64,000 nt of DNA from Octopus sinensis. Its lineage: Eukaryota. This document shows, one piece after another, positions 24,060-35,115 of this stretch. A program made the translations under genes and the position numbers. The stretch spans positions 60,512,001-60,576,000 of the forward strand of contig NC_043009.1 of the NCBI RefSeq assembly GCF_006345805.1, read 5' to 3'. Numbering within the stretch: the first letter of the stretch is position 1; each line of letters starts with the position of its first letter. Under the pieces are notes generated by a model that saw nothing but the letters and a program-made list of their open reading frames with translations, searched no databases and was not told the origin of the DNA.

Positions 24060-24436
24060 ACAGTGAAGTGCAAAGTATATATAGACATATATAGACAGGC
24101 TTCTTTCAGTTTCCATCTACCAAATCCACTCACATGACTTTGGTCGGCTAAAGAAGACACTTGCCCTAGGTGCCACACAGTGGGACTGAACCTGGAACCA
24201 TGTGGTTGGTAAGCAAGCTACTTACCACACAGCCACAAGTTACTTCCCTTTCATGATTAAGTTAATTTTGGAGACTTTTCTCATTATTTATACTCCAAAA
24301 CCCCTTAATATTTTGGCAAAAAGTGACTGATAGAATAAGTACTAGGCTTACAAAGAATAAGTCCTGGGGTCGATTTATCGACTAAAGGGGGTGTTCCAGC
24401 ATGGCCGCAGCCAAATGACTGAAACAAGTAAAAGAA
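24060..24436. mobile_element. Two SINE family C fragments in opposite orientation
   Basis: Head half on the minus strand (24060-24240) and tail half on the plus strand (24310-24436). Confidence 0.7.
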
Positions 24437-24757
24437 TATTGACTAATAAAAAGCACAATTCTCTGTACCAGTAAAAAGAAAAGGAAACTAACTTCGTATC
24501 TTATGTTCCAAATGCCGTTTTATCAATGAGAATTGGAAATCACTGCTTTAGATCATCATCATCGTCTTTATCATCACCATTTAAAAATAATGTTTACAGA
24601 TTTTAGCTCATGCCAAGCAATCATGAGTTGGATAGTTTAGCAATATTGTTTTCTTCATTGCTATCTTCACTGTTTGAAAGACAAGGCAGAAATGATCTCA
24701 TTTGAGGTTACAGCCATCTTTGGCCAACTTGTTCCTGTTGTAACCACTAACCTGATT

Positions 24758-26430
24758 TGTTGACACGTGACGCGATTTGTTTCTACTTATTTCGCGCCAC
24801 TGTCCCAGGCCAGCCAATCACGGCCTTTGGTTAAGGTCCCATTTCCTAGGCTCTGTTGAGTCACCTTACTTGTATATAAGGGAGTGTTTTCAGTATACTT
24901 GCGTCTTTGGTTCCAGTCCTTATAAAGGCTAACCTCTCTGACCACAGAGCTACTCAACATGTTCCAGTCACAGCGACAGACGATCAGCCGCGACGACGCT
25001 AATGTACACCCGCAACAGAAAACCAATTTCTATCTCCGCCACCGTCGTCACCATCATTGTACCAACTTCAAGTCGCCATCACCATCGTCCACTTCAGACA
25101 TGTACACACCAACTTCACAGATTCAACTCATACTGTTAGTGTGAAATTCTCACCACGTTGCAGTTGAAAGAATATCTGTATCAAGAGAAAAATAACCAAG
25201 CAAAACATGATATGAAGACGCTATAGTAAACCAAGCGACAGACATAACGTCATCGCCAACATCGTCTCTATCTACCAAGATTTAACTTGTACACAAGATA
25301 ACTATAGATTCAACTCATGCTGTTAGGTGAAAATCTCACCACGGAAAAACAGTTGCAGTATCATCATCATCATCATCATCGTTTAACGTCCGTTCTCCAT
25401 GCTAGCATGGGTTGGACGGTTCGACCGGGGATCTGGGAAGCCAGAAGGCTGCACCAGGCTCCAGTCTTATCTGGCAATGTTTCTACAGCTGGATGCCCTT
25501 CCTAACGCCAACCACTCCATGAGTGTAGTGGGTGCTTTTTACGTGCCACCCGCGCAGGTGCCAGAAGAGGCACAGAAGCCAGTCGAGGCGACGCTGGCAT
25601 CGGCCACGATTCGGATAGTGCTTTTTACGTACCACCAGTCCAGGGGTCCTGGCACCTGCCGGGTGCCAGTCATAGGATTGGTTCAATTTCGATTTCACTT
25701 GTCCCAACATGTCTTCGCAAGCAAAGGGGGTTGACATGGGTGCCTGTCGTCGGATGAGGTTCGATATCGACTTCGCTTGCCTCAACAGGTCTTTGTGTCC
25801 AAGGGGGGAAAGGCATGCATAAGTGGGCTGGGCTCACTTGTCCTGCCTGGTCTTCTCACGTACAGAATATTTCCAAAAGTCTCGGTCGCTGGTCATTTCC
25901 TCAGTGAGACCTAAAGTTCGAAGGTCGTGCTTCACCACCTCGTCCCAGGTTTTCCTGGGTCTACCTCTTCCACGGGTTCCCTCAACTGCTAGGGATTGGC
26001 ACTTTCTCACACACCTATCTTCATCCATTCTCGCCACATGACCATACCAGCGCAATCGTCTTTCTTGCACACCACAACTGATGCTTCTTAGGTACAACAT
26101 TTCTCTCAAGGTACTAACGCTCTGTCGAGTATGTACACTGACATTACACATCCATCGGAGCATACTGGCTTCATTCCTCGCGAGCTTACGCATGAAAGAA
26201 TATCTATATCAAGAGAAAGATAAGCACAACAAGTGATGCAACTAATCTCAGCTCCGAGACACAACATCTTGATATTGAACGCTTACACTTCGTGTACCTC
26301 ATGAACAGTAAATCAATTTCCATCATTAACTCTACATTCTGTACCTACTATGTCACACGTTTTCACTTGCTAGCACTCAAAACCTTCTAACATTAACACC
26401 GTTGTAAATAAAATCTTATCTTCTCTCAAA
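24758..26430 (+). mobile_element. Possible solo-LTR-like repeat split by an RTE insertion
   Basis: TG start, CCAAT (24814), TATATAAG (24873), AATAAA (26407); an internal duplicated block resumes after the LINE at about 26188. Confidence 0.3.
25360..26190 (-). mobile_element. 5'-truncated RTE LINE (RT C-terminus plus family D 3' UTR)
   Basis: ORF 25834..26193 RNEASMLRWMC...RLRWYGHVARM...GRGRPRKTWDEVV, followed by the V-like block and (ATG)n. Confidence 0.9.
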
Positions 26431-27407
26431 CGGTGGGACGGCTTTGTCGTCAATTCATCTAAATTCTGTTGGCACTGCATTGTATAAAAGTGTACTAATG
26501 GCTTATCTTAATTCGTTAAGAATGCGACCACGTGCGATCGCACTTCCTACACAATGCGACCACGTGCATTCATATTACTTACACTGTCGTAAGGAATGTG
26601 ACCGTGCGACTTACCTATGTCACCAACCTCGACATATGGTCGTGGCAATAGATGTGCCACAGAAATTTCAGAAAAATATTGACTTGGACGATTTTGTTAT
26701 ATTTTTTCTTCAAAATTCTGCACCCCCAACATAAATAGATTACTCTCAATTCACCTAGGATTTGTACCCACTACATCTGTGCAAAGATACGCATACAATT
26801 TTTGGTGATCTTTAGAAGCGCACCTCTCCAAGAAAATGACACCTAATTTCTAAAAAAAATTTATGAAAATGGGAAATATATCCAAAATAAATGAAGTATG
26901 CAAAAAAATTAGGAAGATTAATCTACTTTTAAATATTTTATACTAAAAATAAAACACGGAAAATGGTCATTTGTAAATATAAACAAACATGTCAGACGAT
27001 AACTTGTATATATATATATATATATGTAAATGAGAATGCGTGTATGTCTGTATGCCTTTGTGAATCCGACTTCATTCAAATTTTACGCATGCCTTACTAA
27101 TTTTAATTGTTCATTTTGAATTGATAAAAGTAGTATTTTTTAATATTTTTAATACAATGGCCCAGTGGTTAGGGCAGCGGACTCGCGGTCGCAGGATCGC
27201 GGTTTCTATTCCGATTTTTTGGTCATTTTGCAGATTTTCTGGTGAATGCAAGTATCGATTAAATAAATTATCTAAACCACAATCCGATGCTTTCCAATTG
27301 TTTTACTTTGATGTTGTCCAGATGCCTATTTTATATGCTACCTCCACAACATCTTTTGCTACACCACCCTGCTGCACCTATGGCATTTAAATTAATAAAT
27401 TAAAATA

Positions 27408-27990
27408 ATAAGCGGACCACTCATCTAAAGAAATTAGTGAACCTTCTGCACATTCTCTTTCTATAATTGGGATCAGACTGTTCCCGTCATGCCGTTTCAC
27501 ACACAAAAGTATCGACAGCCTGAGCCTTGTTTGAGACCAAAAACCCACGGCCCATCAATTCTACGTCCAAGGTTCCTGTTCTTTCATTGTTCTGCATCCC
27601 TGTCTTCAAAGAGAAGAGCGTTGTCACCAATTCAGCATTTTTCCTCGATTGTCGCTTCATCGACCAGCAAATCATGCTTCGTCGATCAAAATGAGGCCAT
27701 CGTTTGATTCAACCATCTTCCCTTGTCATACATAATAAACTATGGCTCCACAAACCTCGCGGCACATATTGAACCAATCGGTTATTGTATTTTCAGATTT
27801 TCCTGTCAGAGTCACTGCTGTGGTCATGGGTACTTCCATGACAAAGAAAAATATTAGTTCTAAAATATCACTCAGGCTCAGCTTGCAGTTTCATTTGTTG
27901 TTAATGTCCGTACAATGGAAAAATTGGTTTACTTTACAAACTGAACTTTTAAGGTTGATAACCCTGGCTATACTGTTTGACAACATGGTA
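27408..27990 (-). mobile_element. Merlin (IS1016/ISXO2-like) DNA transposase relic
   Basis: Minus strand LSDILELIFFF...TITDWFNMCREVC, LVDEA, RNLGRRIDGPWVFGL and SLIPIIERECAEGSLISLDEWSAY; stops and frameshifts. Confidence 0.75.
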
Positions 27991-28039
27991 GACTGCATAC
28001 TATACCAGCGCCTAAATTGTTTTCTTCTGAACCGCGTGT

Positions 28040-28620
28040 ACATACATATATAAACAGATATATATTATATGTAGAAAAATACAAACTGGGACAAGAACGT
28101 AAAACATTTAGAAGACGATACAACAAACACGAACGGGACATTCGAAGCCTTCAATCTTCAGTCAAGAACCGGATCATCCTGCCGTGAGAACATCGTTGTC
28201 TTCGTCTGCCGATAAAGGCATTTTTTCCAAAATAGCCAGCTAAACTAAGTTGTACTGTTTATTAGTTGTAAGACACCCGCTGTTTTTGTCCTGTTTTTAC
28301 AATTATTGTTTTTTGTATTTTATATTCGTGTAGCATCGTCCGTTTTTCTGTCCCTGTTTCGTATACATTCGATCCTTCTTCCAAGAAATCTAATGCTCGT
28401 AGCTTAGTTTTTCCTTGGGGCTGGCCGGATTGGAGCGATCTCAAGATTAATCACCCGAAATTGCTAGGATGATCCGGTTCTTGACTGAAGATTGAAGGCT
28501 TCGAATGTGTTTTTTGTATCGTCTTCTAAATGTTTTACGTTCTTGTCCCAGTTTGTATTTTTCTACGTATAATATATATAGCGACGTCCGTACCCTCTTT
28601 GGCCTTATGTAAGTATGTAA
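28040..28620. repeat. Palindromic copy of an interspersed repeat (Penelope-like arrangement)
   Basis: 28075-28180 is inverted at 28465-28575; the body is homologous to 41045-41400; abuts (TA)n. Confidence 0.6.
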
Positions 28621-28696
<76 letters not shown>

Positions 28697-28870
28697 TCTA
28701 CCAATTATATACGTTTTTATTATTACTTTTTTGCAATTTACTTAATCATCGGTATTTTATTGTTATATTAATTTTAATATTTTTATTATATGTAATTTTC
28801 TAGATGGTGCAATTTTAATTGTTCATTTTGAATTGATAAAAGGTGTATTTTTTAAATTTATATATATATG

Positions 28871-28947
<77 letters not shown>

Positions 28948-29224
28948 CTGTGTGAAATTTGAATTAGTATTTCTAAATTGTAAGTTAGGATTAATATTCC
29001 CTCAAATAATTATATATATATATATATACACACACATATATATATATTGTTATATTTCGGAATAGTTATTTTGCCAGTTTAGCCAATAATATATATTATA
29101 CTTTGATAGGTTTCGGCCATTATTGGCCCAGGCCATGTCTAACTTAATAGCACCACCTGATAAAAACGGTAAGATAACAAAAGAAAGAAAGAGACTCAAT
29201 ATTATGTAAATAGAGGAATTTATC

Positions 29225-29425
29225 TGTAAATGTAATATCTGAGAATTATTCTGTAGCCAAGATAAAACTCTGAGTTTCGGATGCTGAGGTGGAAACGCAC
29301 GCCAACATCTCTTTTTCAGATTCACACGGATAACTGAAGAGATGGTGACGTGTATTTCCACCTCGGCATCCGAAACTCAGAGTTTTATCTTGGCTACAGA
29401 ATAATTCTCACATATTACATTTACA
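29225..29425. repeat. About 200-bp imperfect palindrome containing a hammerhead-like motif
   Basis: TGTAAATGTAATAT...GATAAAACTCTGAGTTTCGGATG is inverted at CATCCGAAACTCAGAGTTTTATC...ATATTACATTTACA. Confidence 0.85.
29329..29389 (+). ncRNA. Type I hammerhead-like motif, GUU site
   Basis: GATAA CTGAAGA GATGGTGA...TCGGCATC C GAAA CTC A GAG T T TTATC; one extra C before GAAA. Confidence 0.5.
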
Positions 29426-29616
29426 TATATATATATAGTCGGTCTATGAGGTTACCCGGTGTTTCACGCTCCTAAAGAACTTAGCATTACAGCATCTCTC
29501 CCCACCCTGGTGACCGGTGGCCTATACCATCTCTTCAAAAATGAGGTAAGAAAAGACCACTTTGCCAGCTGAACACACACACAAAGAGTGGATTGTCTCC
29601 CTTAGACCACTATCTA

Positions 29617-29856
29617 CTGGGTTGTCCGGAAAGTTCGTGCCGATTTATAGTAGCTTACCTTTCGACTTATTTTAGAAAATGGTTGAGTCCATAAAATAGG
29701 ATTTCTGGGAAGAGGGTATTTTCAATTTAAAGGAAAGATGGAGATGCATTGTGCAACAAAATGGTTCATATTTGGTTGATTAAAAATGTACTGGCAAGTA
29801 TTTATTGACCATTTTGTTTCCTTTAAAAATCGGCACGAACTTTCCGGACAACCCAA
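29617..29856 (+). mobile_element. Internally deleted mariner element
   Basis: TIRs GGGTTGTCCGGAAAGTTCGTGCCGATTT, TA duplication at both ends, transposase C-terminus GIFNLKERWRCIVQQNGSYLVD*. Confidence 0.85.
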
Positions 29857-29916
29857 TATAATCGCTTGTGAGGGATGCAGGACTGTATATATACATATAT
29901 ATGTGTGTGTATGCAT

Positions 29917-29948
<32 letters not shown>

Positions 29949-29966
29949 GTATGTGTGTATATATAT

Positions 29967-30008
<42 letters not shown>

Positions 30009-30055
30009 CTATCGAAGTCGTCTACCCTCACAAGCCGATTATATACATGTGTGTG

Positions 30056-30302
30056 TAGAGGCGCGTGGCTTAGTGGTTAGGGTGTCAGCATCATGATCGT
30101 GAGATTGTGGTTTCGATTCCTGGACCGGGCGACGCGTTGTGTTCTTGAGCAAAACACTTCATTTCACGTTGCTCCAGTCCACTCAGCTGGCAAAAATGAG
30201 TAACGCTGCGATGGACTGGCGTCCCGTCCAGCTGAGGAACACATACGCCATTGAAACCGAGAAACCAGGCCCATGAGCCTGGCTAGGCTTTAAAAGGGTG
30301 CA
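30056..30302 (+). mobile_element. tRNA-derived SINE, family E
   Basis: A box GTGGCTTAGTGG, B box GGTTTCGATTCC, TTCTTGAGCAAAACACTT block; related head at 56373-56712. Confidence 0.75.
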
Positions 30303-30320
30303 TTTCTTTATTTAATATTG

Positions 30321-30363
<43 letters not shown>

Positions 30364-30378
30364 ATACACACACATACA

Positions 30379-30753
30379 TCTTTATATATAAAAGTAAGGT
30401 TGTGTGTCTGTCTTCTACGATTTAGATTCTTAACTACTCCCACATTTTGCGGTGCAGTTTAACCAAAACCGGGTATCTTATAGTTGTAATTCATATCGAG
30501 CCCTTCTGGGTATTAGCGCGCGTCTACGATGAGTCTACGATTAAAAAAAAAGATTTACCATCATTTTTTTCCATTTTAATGCATTTTTCGCTATTATATA
30601 AGGGAAGTAACTCTCTAAAAATATCTACGATGAGTCAACGATTTTTTTTCCATTTTTAATGCATTTTTTTGCTATTTTTGGCTATAACTCTCTAAAAATG
30701 CTTATATAGTTATTTCCCTTACAAACCCGAGCAACGCCGGGCGATACTGCTAG
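30379..30753 (+). mobile_element. Non-autonomous Helitron (same family as 2380-2765)
   Basis: 5' TC, 3' hairpin plus CTAG|T. Confidence 0.85.
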
Positions 30754-30754
30754 T

Positions 30755-31144
30755 ATATATATATATAAAGCTGAGGTTGTCTGTGTATGGCAGGTTTGGT
30801 AGCCTTCAACTAACACTATCTTCTCTGAGACCCTGCAGCGCAAGTTGACCAAAATTGAGAGTATGATAGAAGAAGGCTTGCTCTTCATTCCGTAGAAGAA
30901 AAAATTCAAATCTGATCATGTTAACACCAAAAATTATTTACATCAAAAAGGTGGTTTTTTTTCTATGAAAATCCCAATTTTTTTACGATTTTTTGACTGC
31001 TGTGTCGCCATTTTTCGGTGTATTTCAACCAGAAAGATGTTCACTTAAAGAGAATAACAAGCTACATAATGCAAAATTTTTACTAATTTTTACTAATTCT
31101 AAAGGGTCGAAGCAAACCCGAGCAACGCCGGGCGATATTGCTAG
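30755..31144 (+). mobile_element. Second Helitron family, directly in tandem
   Basis: Different body with the same 3' hairpin CCCGAGCAACGCCGGG and CTAG|T; a 5' fragment also lies at 37786-37845 (minus). Confidence 0.75.
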
Positions 31145-31653
31145 TATATATATATATATATATATATACTATCGAAGTTCTAGGCGTTCACAAGCCGACC
31201 AGAGATAGCGATCTAAGGGAGACAATCCACTCTTCGTGTGTTCAGCTAGCAAAGTTGTCTTTTCTTCCCTCACTTTGAAGAGATGCTACCGGCCATGAAG
31301 GTGAGAAGAGATGCTGTAAAGCTAATTGCATTATGAGTGTGAAGCACCGGGTAACCCCATAGACCGACTCTATCTATCTATCTATCTATCTATCTATATA
31401 CATGCGGTTCGGAAGAAAACAATTTGGGTGAAAAATATAGCGTGCGGTCTACCACGTTGTCAAACGGTATACCCAGGGTTATCTACCTTACACGTCCAGT
31501 TTGTAAAAGAAATCAATTTTTCCACGTGTGTGTGTTAGTGTGTGTGTAAACATCGTATTCTATTTTAACTTTTATATTTGTTTTTGTTTTTTTTATTCTT
31601 TATTTATTTCTGTTACTGATTTATTTATAAACTTTTTCATTTCTTTTTTATTA

Positions 31654-31884
31654 CTTTTAATTTTCATTCCTTTATTGATTTTGTATTAGTTTTAATTTTT
31701 TTATCCCTTGGTTCACACATTCACGCATACACACACACCTTTCTACACACTCATACATAGACACGTGCACGGCCACATCCACGGAAAGGCATATATGCAT
31801 ACACACAGACGGAGAAAGGAAATCGCCAACGATATATACATACATACATACATACATACATACATACATACATACATACATACA

Positions 31885-31931
<47 letters not shown>

Positions 31932-32144
31932 CATGTATATGTATAAATATACATGTATGTATATATCGTTGGCGATTTCCTTTCTCCGTCTGTGTGTATG
32001 CATATATGTCTTTCCGTGGATGTGGCCGTGCACATGTCTATGTATGAGTGTGTAGAAAGGTGTGTGTGTATGCGTGAATGTGTGAACCAAGGGATAAAAA
32101 AATTAAAACTAATACAAAATCAATAAAGGAATGAAAATTAAAAG
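31654..32144. repeat. Long palindrome with a (TACA)n/(TA)n centre
   Basis: Arms of about 190 bp are nearly perfectly complementary (ORFs 31708+ and 31743- begin with near-identical peptides). Confidence 0.9.
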
Positions 32145-32193
32145 AGGGGAAAATTCTTATGAATTAACCCCGAAATTTGGCCCAATACGGTAA
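32143..32193 (+). ncRNA. 5'-truncated hammerhead copy (lacks C3-U4-G5 and the 5' strand of stem I)
   Basis: AAGA GGGG...CCCC GAAA TTTGGCCCAA TA CGGTAA. Confidence 0.45.
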
Positions 32194-32601
32194 TAACGGA
32201 TTTTTTAGAAATTTCTATCGGTTTGTTTCGAGACGCATAAATTATAATGGTGATTGACAATTTTGTCTTTTTTTCGGCATATTTAGCATTAGAATTTTTC
32301 TTTTGCCCTTATTTTGTAAATTATTTATAAATTTAACCTTTAAAGGTATTTTTTGATATGCTGGCCATTGATAAAATTTTTTTCTCAAAAAAAATTTTTA
32401 TCCTACATTAGTTATAAATTGAATAGTGTTCACTTCCGGATTCTCTCACTCTGCGAAAGTTTCTAGTTCGAATCACACGTGTCTCGAGATGTGCCGAAGA
32501 TTTTCTATTTTGGATATATTTGGGGTACTTAGGTCTACTCAGGACTTAGTGCTTGCTTTTTCCATGGGTATGAATAAGTATTTCATTTATATCTCACGTA
32601 T

Positions 32602-32662
32602 TTATCGCTGAAGAGGGGAAAATTCTTATGAATTAACCCCGAAATTGGGACCAATACGGTAA
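32602..32662 (+). ncRNA. Canonical type I hammerhead ribozyme, AUA site (predicted cleavage after 32656)
   Basis: TTATCG CTGAAGA GGGG aa AATTC ttat GAATT aa CCCC GAAA TTGG ga CCAA T A CGGTAA; all core nucleotides are canonical and all three stems pair. Confidence 0.75.
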
Positions 32663-32826
32663 TAAGGGATTTTTTAAGAAATTTCTATCGGTTTGTTTCG
32701 AGACGCATAAATTATAATGGTTATTAACAATTTTTGTCTTTTTTTCCGCATATTTAAAGGTATTTTTTGATATGCTGGCCATTGATAAAAATTTTTTCTC
32801 GAGAAAAAAATTTTATCCTACATTAG

Positions 32827-32873
<47 letters not shown>

Positions 32874-32879
32874 TCTGTC

Positions 32880-33281
32880 TTTCATTCTTTTACTTGTTTC
32901 AGTCATTTGATGTGGCCATGCTGGAGCACTGCCTTTAGTCGGGCAAATCGACCCCAGGAATTATTCTTTGTAAGCCTAGTACTTATTCTATCGGTCTCTT
33001 TTGCCGAACCGCCAAGTTACGGGGATGTAAACACACCACCAACGGTTGTCAAACGATGTTGGGCGGGGGGGTCAAACACAGACACACAAACATGTACACA
33101 CACATATATACATATAAACGACGGGCTTCTTTCAGTTTCCGTCTACCAAATCTACTCACAAGGCTCTGGTCGGCCCGAGGCTATAGTAGAAGATACTTGC
33201 CCAAAGTGCCACGTAGTGGGACTGAACCCGGAACCATGTGGTTGGTAAGCAAGCTACTTACCACACAGTCACTCCTACGCC
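32880..33281 (-). mobile_element. SINE family C
   Basis: Full-length match. Confidence 0.9.
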
Positions 33282-33620
33282 TGACCGCGAGTGTACCATT
33301 GGCGATTTTTTTTCCTCCGTCTTCCCTTCCTTGGATCTTTCGTCTTCCTATGTTTCCGAGGAAGAGCTCCGCTTGAAACGTTCAATCCTCCTTCTTTCTT
33401 TCCTTTCCTGAGCGTCCAATAACACTGTACTTGTTCCACGTCCTCGCGTTGTTGTGTTTTCTCTGTTATTGGACACTCACGAAAGGAAAGAAAGAAGGAG
33501 GATTGAACGTTTCGAGCGGAGCTCTTCCTCGGAAACATAGGAAGACGAAAGATCCAAGGAAGGGAAGACGGAAGAAAAAGATCGCCAATGGTACACTCAC
33601 GGTCAGGCGTAGGAGTGGCT
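33266..33620. repeat. Palindrome (arms about 155 bp) joining two SINE C heads
   Basis: CAGTCACTCCTACGCCTGACC...TATTGGAC is inverted; contains the degenerate core CCGAGGA-A-GAGC-TCC-GCTC-GAAACGTT. Confidence 0.85.
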
Positions 33621-33785
33621 GAGTCGTAAGTAGCTTGTTACATCCCTAAAACTTAGCGGTTCAATAACCGAGCCTAATAAGTTAAGTATTAGGCTTACAA
33701 TGTATAAGTACGGGGGTCGATTTCTTCAACTAAAAGGTGGTGCTCCAGTATGACCACAGTCAAATGACTGAAACAAGTAAATAAA
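33605..33785 (+). mobile_element. SINE family C, internally deleted
   Basis: Head fused to tail. Confidence 0.65.
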
Positions 33786-34019
33786 TGAAAATATATGTAC
33801 GTATATGCGTGTGTGTGTGTGTGTGTAGTTGCAGCCAGGTTTTCAAGTTGTCTTTCTTCAACTTCTCTTTCTCTCTACCCCCTGACAAAGGATTATATCC
33901 GAAACGTTGAATATTCTACTCCTTACGGCAAGTTCACTCTAACCCCTTTTACTTCTTTCCATATTTTTTCAAGTTTTGCCAACGCAGAGCTACACAAGAC
34001 TCTTTGTGGTTTGCCTGAC

Positions 34020-34109
<90 letters not shown>

Positions 34110-34117
34110 TGGTGTGT

Positions 34118-34510
34118 GTGGAGGCGCAATGGCGCAATGGCCCAGTGGTTAGGGCAGCGGACTCGCGGTCATAGGATCGCGGTTTCCATTCCTAGACCGG
34201 GCGTTGTGAGTGTTTATTGAGCGAAAACACCTAAAGCTCCACGAGGCTCCGGCAGGGGATGGTGGTGATCCCTGCTGTACTCTTTCACCACAACTTTCTC
34301 TCACTCTTACTTCCTGTTTCTGTTGTACCTGTATTTCAAGGGACCGGTCTTGTCACTCTCTGTGTCACGCTGAATATCCCCGAGAACCACGTTAAGGGTA
34401 CACGTGTCTGTGGAGTGCTCAGCCACTTACACGTTAATTTCACGAGCTGGCTGTTCCGTTGATTCGGATCAACCGGAACCCTCATCGTCGTAACCGACGG
34501 AGTGCTTCCC
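34118..34510 (+). mobile_element. SINE family B, full length
   Basis: Matches 9361-9741. Confidence 0.9.
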
Positions 34511-34904
34511 ACACACACATACATATATATATATATATACCGGAGTAAGCACATAAATGTGAAACAAGGTGGAAAAAAGAGTACTCAAATACCAGAGTAA
34601 GAGTAATACGCTCTATTTAAAAGCTCATAAGATCGTTACCTTTTCCTTTCTTTTTCTTCCCCCTCTCTGCGTTTTACTTCAAGTCTATATTTATACACCA
34701 AGTGATTTTTGCATGCGGACAAGATTGCGCATACATATGTATATGTGTATTTGTGTGTATATTTACGTTTTGCATTTATATGTCTGCATATGTATGTAGT
34801 CTGTGTATATCCATCTGTGTATTTTGATGTATATATGTATATTGATGGTTTAAATAATAAAATAATAATAAAAACATTGTGTACAGTGCTCAGGTGCACT
34901 ACAA

Positions 34905-35115
34905 CTCATCTAAAGTGTATGTATAATCAGGTGTAGTCTCGGCGGATTTCGGAAAGCATGAGGGCCTTAAAGGATGCAGTGTCATGGCAGTCAACAACTG
35001 ACGCAGGCAGTTTGTTCCATGCTTCAGCAACTCTGAGCGTGAAAAGATGTTTCCGAAAGTCATGGGAGCTGTGTTGTTTTCTGACTTTGTAGGCATGTCC
35101 ACGTGAGTTAGACAC
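34905..35115 (-). mobile_element. CR1/L2-type LINE 3' end
   Basis: RGHAYKVRK...RKHLFTLRVAEAWNKLPASVV...FK is the typical CR1 ORF2 C-terminus. Confidence 0.75.

Larger units (their letters stand above)
32143..32831 (+). mobile_element. Partial tandem repeat (period 469 nt) bounded by hammerheads: retrozyme / non-autonomous Penelope-like candidate
   Basis: 32143-32416 recurs at 32612-32831 (with a deletion); each copy begins with the hammerhead; ends in (TA)n; no convincing ORF. Confidence 0.6.

Noticed and set aside
33875-33912. CTGACAA-A-GGA...TCC-GAAACGTT motif
   Set aside because: G8 is lost without compensation and stem I does not pair.
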